This document shows, piece by piece, positions 10,137 to 17,704 of a stretch of 24,110 nucleotides of DNA. Every line of letters starts with the position of its first letter. Positions within the stretch are counted from its first letter, which is position 1. A program made the position numbers and the translations under genes. This DNA is from Gemmatimonadales bacterium (GTDB lineage: Bacteria > Gemmatimonadota > Gemmatimonadetes > Gemmatimonadales > GWC2-71-9), in NCBI GenBank assembly GCA_036270745.1, contig DATBBZ010000219.1, positions 1 to 24,110 on the forward strand, read 5' to 3'. Below the pieces are notes generated by a model, which saw only the letters and a program-made list of their open reading frames with translations, was not told the origin of the DNA and did not search any database.

Positions 10137-10666
10137 CCCCCAAGCGCTGGGGGATGGTGGGCGGCGCCGCCGGGGCCGTCATTCTCGTGGTGGCACTGGT
10201 GATCAAGATCCTGCCACAGATTCAGCTGGTGGGAGTGGGATCCCAGGCGCCGGACTTTCACGCCCTCGACCTCGCCACGGCCCGGCCGCGGACGCTTGCG
10301 GACTATCGCGGGAAGGTCTTGCTGGTCAATGTCTGGGCCACTTGGTGCGAGCCCTGCCGGGTCGAAATGCCGGCCATCGAGCGGCTCCACCACCTCGTGA
10401 CGGATTCAAGCTTCCGGATCGTATCGGTGAGCATCGACAAGGAAGACTCGAGCGGGGTCATGGCGTTTGCCCACTCGTACGGCCTGACCTTCCCCATCTT
10501 GCAGAACCAGAGCGGCGATATTCAGGACCTCTATCAAACCACCGGAGTTCCAGAGAGCTTTGTGATCGACCGGGACGGGATCATCGTGAAGAAGATCATC
10601 GGCGCGGCCCAATGGGACGGGCCGGTCAACGTCGACCTCATCCGCTCTCTCATCGATGCGCGTTAA
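10133..10666 (+). CDS. TlpA/ResA-like membrane-anchored thiol-disulfide oxidoreductase
   Basis: N-terminal TM, APDF, LVNVWATWCEPCRVEMP (WCxxC), GVPESFVIDRDG. Confidence 0.92.
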   Translation: MTPKRWGMVGGAAGAVILVVALVIKILPQIQLVGVGSQAPDFHALDLATARPRTLADYRGKVLLVNVWATWCEPCRVEMPAIERLHHLVTDSSFRIVSVSIDKEDSSGVMAFAHSYGLTFPILQNQSGDIQDLYQTTGVPESFVIDRDGIIVKKIIGAAQWDGPVNVDLIRSLIDAR

Positions 10667-11588
10667 CCTGACGCAGCTCTTCACCCGCAATTGGCCCCTC
10701 AAGCTGGCCGCGCTGTTCCTCGCGGTTCTGCTCTACGTCGCGGTCGCGGCCCAGCAGCCGATCAACCAGACCTTCACGCTCAACCTGCAGGTGCGCGTGC
10801 CCCCCGGCCGCGCCCTGCGCAGTGCCCCGCCGCCCGTCGTCGTGGTGGTCGAGGGGCGCGGCGGGGAGCTGCTCAAGCTCCGGTCGTTCGACAAGACCAT
10901 CTCGGTGACCGTTCCCGACACTTTGGCCGGCGGGACCTGGCATCTCGCCCTGCGGGCGTCCGACATCGGGATTCCGAAGAACGCGGACGTGCAGGTCACC
11001 GACATCACCCCCCGCGACATCTCGGTCATGCTCGACTCGGTGGCGCGGAAGGACGTCCGGATCGTGGCCCGCGTGACCGTGTCGGCCGATTCGGGCGGCG
11101 TGCTGCAGGGCGGGCTCGCCATCACGCCGAACCTGGCGCACCTGGTCGGCCCTGATCAGCTCCTCGCCACCATCGACTCGGTCACCACGGTGCCCACCGA
11201 GCTCACGGGCCTCTCGGGCCCGTTCGTCCGCACCGTTCCGCTCGACACCGCCAACCTCGGTGTGATCCGGATGGCGCCGAAAGACGTGCAGGTGTCGGGA
11301 GAGATCGCAGTGCCTGCGCACCGCGTCTTCGGCGGCATTCCGGTCGAGACGGGCGCGGGTGTTCCGACGGGATTCGCCTTTGCCCCCGACCGCGTGTCGG
11401 TGGAGGTCGCGGGTGCCGCGCCGCGGCTCGCCAATCTCACGCGGGACAGCGTGAAGGTCATCGCGCGGTTCTCGGGCGCCGCGGCGGCCGGCGCGGCGGC
11501 GCACCTCACCGTCCTCACTCCCCCCGGGATCGCGGGACACGCCGTTCCGGACTCGGCGGCACTCAAGGCCGTCCCCAAGCACAAATGA
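10656..11588 (+). CDS. YbbR/CdaR-like protein
   Basis: N-terminus NWPLKLAALFLAVLLYVAVAA resembles the CdaR anchor; followed by repeated beta-rich segments with P..V.V.G motifs (PPPVVVVVEG, PNLAHLVG, PDRVSVEVAG). Confidence 0.8.
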   Translation: MRVNLTQLFTRNWPLKLAALFLAVLLYVAVAAQQPINQTFTLNLQVRVPPGRALRSAPPPVVVVVEGRGGELLKLRSFDKTISVTVPDTLAGGTWHLALRASDIGIPKNADVQVTDITPRDISVMLDSVARKDVRIVARVTVSADSGGVLQGGLAITPNLAHLVGPDQLLATIDSVTTVPTELTGLSGPFVRTVPLDTANLGVIRMAPKDVQVSGEIAVPAHRVFGGIPVETGAGVPTGFAFAPDRVSVEVAGAAPRLANLTRDSVKVIARFSGAAAAGAAAHLTVLTPPGIAGHAVPDSAALKAVPKHK

Positions 11589-12646
11589 GCGACGTCGTCC
11601 TGGGAATCGAAACGTCCTGCGACGAGACGTCCGCCGCCGTACTGGTGCGAAACGGCTCGGCGCCTCCCGAGCTCGCCAGTCTGGTGATCCTGTCGCAGGA
11701 CATCCATCAGGTGTTCGGTGGCGTGGTGCCGGAGCTGGCCAGCCGGGCGCACCTCGCGGCTTTGCCCTCCGTGGTCGAGCGCGCGCTCGACCAGGCCGGC
11801 GTGGCGTTCGGCGCCGTGGATGCCGTCGCGGTGACTGCAGGCCCGGGGCTCGTGGGTGCGCTGCTCGTCGGGGTGGTCTACGCCAAGTCCCTGGCCTACG
11901 CCGGGGATCGGGCGTTGATGGGCGTCAATCACATGGAGGGGCACCTCTTCGCGCCCGCCGTCGAGGATCCCAGCCTCGCGCCACCGTTCGTCGCCCTCCT
12001 CGTGTCGGGCGGTCATACCATGCTTCTCGACGTACCCGAGTGGGGGCGCTACCGGCTCATGGGCGCCACGCGGGATGACGCGGCCGGCGAGGCTTTCGAC
12101 AAGGTGGCGATCCTGATGGGCCTGGGGTATCCCGGCGGACCCGTGATCGAGCGACTGGCCCGCGAAGGCGATCCCACACGATTCACCTTCCCGCGGCCGA
12201 TGAAGGACGACGGCTTCGAGTTCTCGTTCTCCGGGCTCAAGACCGCGGTCCTGCACGCCGTGAAGGCGAGCGACAATCTCGAACGGGACCGCCCGCATCT
12301 GGCGCGCGGATTCCAGGACGCGGTGCTGGACGTGCTGGTCACCAAGCTCGAGCGCGCGGTGCAGGCCACCGGGTACAAGACCGCGGTGCTGGGCGGCGGC
12401 GTGGCGTGCAGCAAGGCGCTGGCGAGCCAGGCCGCCGAGCAGCTCCGGGGCAAGGCGCGGGTCTCGGTCGCGAGCCCGCGGCTCAACACTGACAACGCCG
12501 GCATGATCGCGCGCGCGGGCTGGTGGCACCTGGAGCGGGGCGAGCGCAGCGACTTCACGCTCGACGCCCGTGCCGACTTGCCCATTCCCGGATTGGAGCC
12601 CTACCAATCCCCCATCCCGAATCCCCCATCCCCCAGAACCCGATGA
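11585..12646 (+). CDS. tsaD: tRNA N6-threonylcarbamoyladenosine biosynthesis protein TsaD
   Basis: LGIETSCDET, GGVVPELASRAH, GPGLVGALLVG, HMEGH, LLVSGGHT, DDAAGEAFDK, FSFSGLKT, TDNAGMIA. Confidence 0.97.
   Translation: MSDVVLGIETSCDETSAAVLVRNGSAPPELASLVILSQDIHQVFGGVVPELASRAHLAALPSVVERALDQAGVAFGAVDAVAVTAGPGLVGALLVGVVYAKSLAYAGDRALMGVNHMEGHLFAPAVEDPSLAPPFVALLVSGGHTMLLDVPEWGRYRLMGATRDDAAGEAFDKVAILMGLGYPGGPVIERLAREGDPTRFTFPRPMKDDGFEFSFSGLKTAVLHAVKASDNLERDRPHLARGFQDAVLDVLVTKLERAVQATGYKTAVLGGGVACSKALASQAAEQLRGKARVSVASPRLNTDNAGMIARAGWWHLERGERSDFTLDARADLPIPGLEPYQSPIPNPPSPRTR
12602..12640 (+). repeat. Degenerate 7-bp tandem repeat in the tsaD 3' end
   Basis: AATCCCC CATCCCG AATCCCC CATCCCC CAGAACC at 12606-12640. 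The 13-mer AATCCCCCATCCC occurs exactly twice (12606 and 12620). Confidence 0.8.
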
Positions 12647-13527
12647 CCGTCTATCCCCTCATCCTGCACCTCGGCACCTGGCCCATCATCGGTCAGCTCA
12701 CGGTCACCGGCTACGGTCTGATGATGATGGCCGCGTTCCTCGCCGCCGGATACGCCATCCAGCTCGAGCTCAGACGTCGCGGACTCGACGAGGAATACGC
12801 CGCGAGCATCGTGTGGTGGGCGGTCATCGGCGGACTGGTCGGCGCCAAGCTCTGGTACGTGGGCCTGACCCACGACCCCGAGGTCCTGTTCAAGCGGGGT
12901 GGGTTTGTCTGGTATGGCGGGCTGATCGGCGGCTCGGGTGGCGTCCTGCTGGCCGGCTGGCTCCGCAAGGTGCCCTGGCGGTTCACGGCAGATCTCGTCG
13001 CGGGACCGCTGGCGCTCGGGTACGCCCTGGGCCGGGTGGGGTGTTTCCTGGTGAACGACGACTACGGCATCCCGACGTCGTTGCCGTGGGGCATGAAGTT
13101 TCCGCAGGGCCTCCCGCCCACGTTCGTGAATAACCTGGAGCAATTGCACGTGACCTTCCCGCCGGGCACGAATCCGAACCTCCTCGTCGCCGTGCACCCG
13201 ACTGAGATCTATGAGACGGCCATCATGCTGTTCGTGTTCTGGTGGCTCTGGAAGCGGCGGGCGCACGCCCACGGGATGGGCTGGCTCTTCGGGTGCTACC
13301 TGATCTTCTCGGGGGCGGAGCGCTTCCTGATCGAGATCGTGCGGGCCAAGGACGACCGGCTTCTGGGACCGTTTACGCTGGCACAGGCGACGGCGGTGAT
13401 CATCGTGGCGATCGGGTTTTACCTGACCAGGAAGTGGCCGGTGCCCGACGAGACTGGTGCCGATCTCCCGCACCTGCTCGCGCCCAAGCCGCCGGAGCCT
13501 GCGAAGGGGATGCCTGCGACGACTTAG
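12643..13527 (+). CDS. lgt: Prolipoprotein diacylglyceryl transferase
   Basis: ATG 12643 overlaps the tsaD TGA. Multi-TM protein with YGGLIGG, GRVGCF, HPTEIYE, RFLIEIVR. Confidence 0.93.
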   Translation: MTVYPLILHLGTWPIIGQLTVTGYGLMMMAAFLAAGYAIQLELRRRGLDEEYAASIVWWAVIGGLVGAKLWYVGLTHDPEVLFKRGGFVWYGGLIGGSGGVLLAGWLRKVPWRFTADLVAGPLALGYALGRVGCFLVNDDYGIPTSLPWGMKFPQGLPPTFVNNLEQLHVTFPPGTNPNLLVAVHPTEIYETAIMLFVFWWLWKRRAHAHGMGWLFGCYLIFSGAERFLIEIVRAKDDRLLGPFTLAQATAVIIVAIGFYLTRKWPVPDETGADLPHLLAPKPPEPAKGMPATT

Positions 13528-15176
13528 GCCGGGCGCGGCCTCTTGACGACGGCCCAGACCACGGCGACGAGCGCCAGCGCGAGCAGTGCCCCCTGGGCCG
13601 AGAGCGACTGTGCCGTGGGGTAGATGCCGAGGGCCGGGAGGCGCGGGCCCCACTCGACGGGCCGCATCCCCACCACGCCGGCATTCTGCAGCTCCGCGAT
13701 GCCCTTCCCCGCAAACACGAACGCCATGTAGTAGAGGAGACCGCCCGTCACGGCAAAGAAGGGCCGGAGCGGGAGGCGCATGCCGAAGAGATTGATGGCG
13801 AGATAGATGAGTACGAGACCCACGCACCCCACGGCCAGCCCGGCGACCACCGCCGCCGCCGCGCCGGTGCCGCCGCCGCTCGCCAGCGCCTTGTAGAAGA
13901 GGATGGTCTCAAAGCCTTCCCGGTACACCGCGAGAAACGCCACACCCGCCAGCGCCCAGCGCGAGCCGGAGGAGAGCGCGCTCTTCACTTTGTCGCGAAC
14001 GAACGAGCTCCACTTGTCCGCTTCGACTTTGGAGAGCAGCCAGTAGCTGACATAGAAGAGCACGATGGTGGCCAGCAGCATGGTCCACCCCTCGAGCGCC
14101 TCCCGCTGATTCGACGTCACCTCGAAAAGCAGCTCGACGCCCGCGAAGGTGGCGAGCGACGCGAATACGGCGAACCAGGCCCCCCAGGCCACATCCCTGC
14201 GACGCTCCACCGCCCCCGCCTTGGCCAGAAAGGCCATCAGCGCCCCGATGATCAGAATCGCTTCGAACCCCTCGCGCAGGGTGATGCCCAGGGACTCGAG
14301 GAAGAGATTCGCCCGCGAGTCCCGGTCCGCCACCTCCCGCTCGGCGCGCTCCAGGCCGGCTAGAATCTGTTGGCGGATCCCGGCCAGCTCGGCGGCCTCG
14401 GCTCCCGCGGCGGCGCGCGTCCGGAGATTCGCAAATTCATCTTCGAGCGCGCTCGCGAGGGGCGCATTCCGGGCGCGGACCTCGGTCTCTACCTGCTCGA
14501 AAGCGAGATAGGCGTCGAAGACCTGGTCGGCGGAACGATGGGCGACGGCGGAATCGAGGCGGACCCGAACGGTGGCGAACGCGGCGATCAGCTTCGCGTC
14601 AGGCACGAGCGTCGCGACGTATGCGGTGACGGCCCAGCGGTCGGCGTCGGTGAGGGTGCCATCGAAGCGCGGCATGGCAGTGCCCGGGACACCGATGGTC
14701 ACTTTGCGGTAGACATCAATCGGGGTGACGGTGCGCATCTCAGCCGGGTCGGCGAGGTTGGCGGGCGGCGGATTCAACCCGCGGCCCGCGGGACCGTCAC
14801 CCCGCCCGGCGCGGCCATGGCAGGACGCACACTGCTGTTGGAAGACCGCCATGCCCTGCGCGACCGAGGGCGGGACGGCAGGATACTGATTGAGGGCATC
14901 GCCGAACGCCGCCGCGATGCGCTTGACGATTACGTCGGCCCACTGGGCCACCGAATCGGGAGCCGGAGCGGTCGGCCGGTCGAGCGACGTGCGCAGGCCG
15001 GCCACCAGAACGCCGACGGGCTCCCGCAACGAGTCGGGAAGCGTGGCGACATCCTTCTCTGCCTGGTCCAGGAAGAGGCGCGCCTCGGCCACTTCCTCGG
15101 GCGCGGTGATCCGCCCACCGGCGGCCGGTACCCCGTTGCGATACTCCTTCGCCGCCAGCGAAATGGCGGAAACCAT
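13524..15176 (-). CDS. Cytochrome c - FTR1/EfeU iron permease fusion (PbrT-like architecture); true start probably further upstream
   Basis: CASCH haem c motif, MPRF distal Met candidate, helical periplasmic regions, then a multi-TM domain with two REGFE motifs (LREGFEA, YREGFET). Confidence 0.92.
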   Translation of the reverse strand: MVSAISLAAKEYRNGVPAAGGRITAPEEVAEARLFLDQAEKDVATLPDSLREPVGVLVAGLRTSLDRPTAPAPDSVAQWADVIVKRIAAAFGDALNQYPAVPPSVAQGMAVFQQQCASCHGRAGRGDGPAGRGLNPPPANLADPAEMRTVTPIDVYRKVTIGVPGTAMPRFDGTLTDADRWAVTAYVATLVPDAKLIAAFATVRVRLDSAVAHRSADQVFDAYLAFEQVETEVRARNAPLASALEDEFANLRTRAAAGAEAAELAGIRQQILAGLERAEREVADRDSRANLFLESLGITLREGFEAILIIGALMAFLAKAGAVERRRDVAWGAWFAVFASLATFAGVELLFEVTSNQREALEGWTMLLATIVLFYVSYWLLSKVEADKWSSFVRDKVKSALSSGSRWALAGVAFLAVYREGFETILFYKALASGGGTGAAAAVVAGLAVGCVGLVLIYLAINLFGMRLPLRPFFAVTGGLLYYMAFVFAGKGIAELQNAGVVGMRPVEWGPRLPALGIYPTAQSLSAQGALLALALVAVVWAVVKRPRPA

Positions 15177-15274
15177 CCGCCGGGCCGCGATGACCGACGC
15201 CGAATCCTTCCCCTGCGCCGGCAGAGAGCCGGCCAGGGCGAGGAAAACTACGGTACTTGTGCGAAGGGGATAGA

Positions 15275-15289
15275 TGAGAATGGTTCTCA
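15275..15289. promoter_or_regulatory. Fur-box-like 7-1-7 inverted repeat
   Basis: TGAGAATGGTTCTCA. The outer 6-bp arms are perfectly inverted; 11 of 14 positions match TGATAAT-N-ATTATCA. It lies directly upstream of an iron permease. Confidence 0.75.
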
Positions 15290-15304
15290 GCTTGGGTGAA
15301 ACGA

Positions 15305-15333
15305 ATTCTAGAGTGACTTTATCGGGAATGCAA
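15305..15333 (-). promoter_or_regulatory. sigma70-type promoter for the iron permease gene
   Basis: Minus strand TTGCAT (15333-15328), 17 bp, TAGAAT (15310-15305), in the main AT-rich patch of the window and just after the acpS stop. Confidence 0.7.
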
Positions 15334-15335
15334 CG

Positions 15336-15725
15336 TCAAATAGAGACGACGATCGCGACCGCGACTGCGGCTTGGTGCGTGTGCGACAACGACAACATCA
15401 CCTGCACGGCGTTCAACTCCTTCGCTCGCTGGGCCGCGAGTCCGTGCAAGGTCACCTGCGGCCGTCCATCCTGCTCCCGGACGACCTCGATCTCCCGCCA
15501 ACCGATTCCGCGAGCCGCCTCACTTCCCTGCAGGGCTTTGTAGACCGCTTCTTTGGCCGCGAGCCGGACCGCCACATGCTCCGCCGGATCGGGACGGCTC
15601 CGGCAGTACTCGGCCTCGGCGGGGGTCAGCAGCCGATCGAACACGTGCGAGCCCTTGTCCGCGAGCATCCGCCGCGCGCGCTCGACTTCCACCAGGTCGA
15701 CCCCGACGCCGAGCGCGTTGAGCAT
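15336..15725 (-). CDS. acpS: Holo-[acyl-carrier-protein] synthase
   Basis: ATG 15725 overlaps the upstream TGA. GVGVDLVEVER, RLAAKEAVYKAL, WREIEV, GRP, LSLSHT; 129 aa. Confidence 0.95.
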   Translation of the reverse strand: MLNALGVGVDLVEVERARRMLADKGSHVFDRLLTPAEAEYCRSRPDPAEHVAVRLAAKEAVYKALQGSEAARGIGWREIEVVREQDGRPQVTLHGLAAQRAKELNAVQVMLSLSHTHQAAVAVAIVVSI

Positions 15726-16438
15726 CAGAAACGGAGGAGCCGCGCCAGCCAGACCGGCGCATCGAGGTATCCGCCAAGGATCAATCCGAACCACAGCAGG
15801 GCGCCCGCGCCCACAACCCAGACGAGCAGGACCGGCCACAGGGAGGGCCGCCATTGCGCCAGCGCCGTCAGCTCCGGATCCCAGCGCTTCCGTTCCGCCT
15901 GGACAGCATCCTCGAGCACCAGCCAGGCGGCCTCGAGCCGGCGCGCCGCCGTCTGGATGGCATCCTGCCACAGGTGATGTGTTTCGTCATCGAGCGTTTC
16001 GGCCGTCCGGACTTTCGCACCGGTCCGTGCCAGGTCGTCGAGCGCCTTGACCAGCTCGGCGCCTCCGGCCGAGAGACGCGCCGTCAGCGCTCGGCGCTCC
16101 GCGCTCGTGAGCTTGCGCAGCCGCCGGCCCCGTCGGGGCATCCGCACGCCCTTGCCGATGCGCTCGATCTGGTCATCCAGGGAATCCGCCACGCGGTCGG
16201 CGGCACGGCGGACGGAATGCTCCCAGGCCGCGAGCCATGCGGTGCGCCCGATGCTGTCGAGCACCCGGTCCCGCGGCCCGTTCTCCGCGGTCAGCCGCCG
16301 GGCTTCTCCACCCAGTTCGATCACCCGGGTGGCGAGATCATCCGCGATGTCGTCGAGCGGAATCCACAGCGGCTCGGGGCGCCGGGGCACGATCAGCCGG
16401 CCCAGCGCCGGGGACAGTTCCGGAACCCGCACGGTCAC
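15725..16438 (-). CDS. Hypothetical helical protein with a C-terminal membrane anchor
   Basis: 237 aa, overlapping both neighbours (4 nt and 1 nt). Ala/Arg-rich amphipathic helices; C-terminal LWPVLLVWVVGAGALLWFGLILGGYL. No family recognised. Confidence 0.78.
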   Translation of the reverse strand: MTVRVPELSPALGRLIVPRRPEPLWIPLDDIADDLATRVIELGGEARRLTAENGPRDRVLDSIGRTAWLAAWEHSVRRAADRVADSLDDQIERIGKGVRMPRRGRRLRKLTSAERRALTARLSAGGAELVKALDDLARTGAKVRTAETLDDETHHLWQDAIQTAARRLEAAWLVLEDAVQAERKRWDPELTALAQWRPSLWPVLLVWVVGAGALLWFGLILGGYLDAPVWLARLLRF

Positions 16439-16998
16439 GTTGCCAGCCTCGCCTGCCGCCCCGTCCGCTTTTCATAGCGACTCACGAACTGCGGCAGCGA
16501 CTCGGGAAGAAACTCTTCGCGGGGCAGTCCGGTGGCGGCGATCGCCTGCTCGATGGATGCGGGATCGCCCTCCACTTCAACCAGGATATCCATCTCGGGG
16601 TACCGCTCCACGCGCAGCGTGGCGCCTCCCAGCCGGAACACGGTGACCATCCGCTCGATTCGCAGGCTCTCCGAGAACCCAAGCCGATCCAGGAGTGCCA
16701 GCGCGTTCCACGGATCTCCGACGCCGAACTCGATCTCCGGGCGGTGCCGGTACTCACCCTGTGATTCCACCGGACCCTTCCAGCACAGCTCGCCGCGCGT
16801 CTGCCCGGTCTGCGGCCGGTAGACCCGCAGGCGGAGCATCTCATCCTTCTCCGCGAGTCGTCCCTTGCGATCGAACCGGTGGTCGGTCATTTCGCCGGAA
16901 AACTCGATCGTGGCCCCAGCGTTCACGAGGGCCGCCTCGAATGCCCTGGCGTCAGGCACCCGGGCCTTGACCTCGATCTCATCGTTGACACCACTCAC
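16435..16998 (-). CDS. CYTH-domain protein (class IV adenylate cyclase / triphosphate tunnel metalloenzyme family)
   Basis: EIEVKARV (ExExK), LRLRVY, LCWKG, RPEIE, LVEVE. Confidence 0.88.
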   Translation of the reverse strand: MSGVNDEIEVKARVPDARAFEAALVNAGATIEFSGEMTDHRFDRKGRLAEKDEMLRLRVYRPQTGQTRGELCWKGPVESQGEYRHRPEIEFGVGDPWNALALLDRLGFSESLRIERMVTVFRLGGATLRVERYPEMDILVEVEGDPASIEQAIAATGLPREEFLPESLPQFVSRYEKRTGRQARLAT

Positions 16999-17696
16999 AG
17001 ACCGAGTCCTTCGAGCACCCGGCCGGTGTCGGACAGATCCGGAAACACCAGCTCCGCCCCGGTGGCCGTGAGATCCGGGACGCGGTAGGAGCCCGTCGCG
17101 ACCGCCAGCGCCCGGGCACCCACCGGCCTGCCGCAGGCCACGTCCGCAGGCGTGTCCCCGATGATCCAGGTATCCGCCCCGCGCACCGGTCGGCCCAGGT
17201 GCTCGGACGCGCGCGCCAGCGCCACCGGCGGAAGATCGGGACGATGATGACCATCGAGCCCGAACGCCCCCACCGTAAACCGCTCGAACCCGATCCCCGC
17301 GGCCTTCAGTTTCAGCTCGGCCCCGCCCACCACGTTCCCGGTGAGGAGACCCACCATCACCGCTCCGCCCTTCTCGCGGGGCGCCAGCGCCTCCAGAAGC
17401 TCCGGCACTCCCGGCAGGGCGCGTGTGACGTAGCCGGGACGCTCGAGCTCCTCGCCGAGATTGGCGACGTAGGCCCCGCAGATCTCCTCGATCAGTGACC
17501 GGTCTTCCGGGGACGGGTGCCCGCCCTGCGCCAGCAGCTCCCGGACGATCTGCGGGTCGGTCTTCCCGTCCAGCCGATAGCCGGGCAGTACGCCGGGCGT
17601 TCCCGCGCGGTCGATCAGCGCCCGGTGAATAGCCCGGCGCCCCGCACCATCGGTGCTGAGCAGGGTGCCGTCGATGTCGAAGAGAAGAAGGAGCAC
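16995..17696 (-). CDS. HAD-superfamily hydrolase (phosphoglycolate phosphatase-like)
   Basis: Motif I FDIDGT, motif II LLTGN, motif IV IIGDTPADV. Confidence 0.92.
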   Translation of the reverse strand: MLLLLFDIDGTLLSTDGAGRRAIHRALIDRAGTPGVLPGYRLDGKTDPQIVRELLAQGGHPSPEDRSLIEEICGAYVANLGEELERPGYVTRALPGVPELLEALAPREKGGAVMVGLLTGNVVGGAELKLKAAGIGFERFTVGAFGLDGHHRPDLPPVALARASEHLGRPVRGADTWIIGDTPADVACGRPVGARALAVATGSYRVPDLTATGAELVFPDLSDTGRVLEGLGL

Positions 17697-17704
17697 GGTG
17701 GGAA

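Noticed and set aside
15285-15291. GCTGAGA on the minus strand, resembling the TPP riboswitch core
   Set aside because: The downstream conserved CCTGAT/TAATGC elements and stems are missing; the bases belong to the Fur-like palindrome.
15177-15338. AcpS and the iron permease share a frame separated by a single TGA (possible read-through or selenocysteine fusion)
   Set aside because: The interval contains a clear promoter and operator, AcpS is full length at the stop, no SECIS-like hairpin is evident, and a short open stretch arises easily by chance.
15274-15543. 89-aa Cys-containing plus-strand ORF
   Set aside because: Mostly antisense to acpS and runs through the promoter; Cys are unpatterned and there is no ribosome-binding site.
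16435-16998. Calling the CYTH gene cyaB or part of a cyclic-nucleotide defence system
   Set aside because: Family membership does not fix the activity, and the neighbours are housekeeping genes with no effector, nuclease or mobile-element context.
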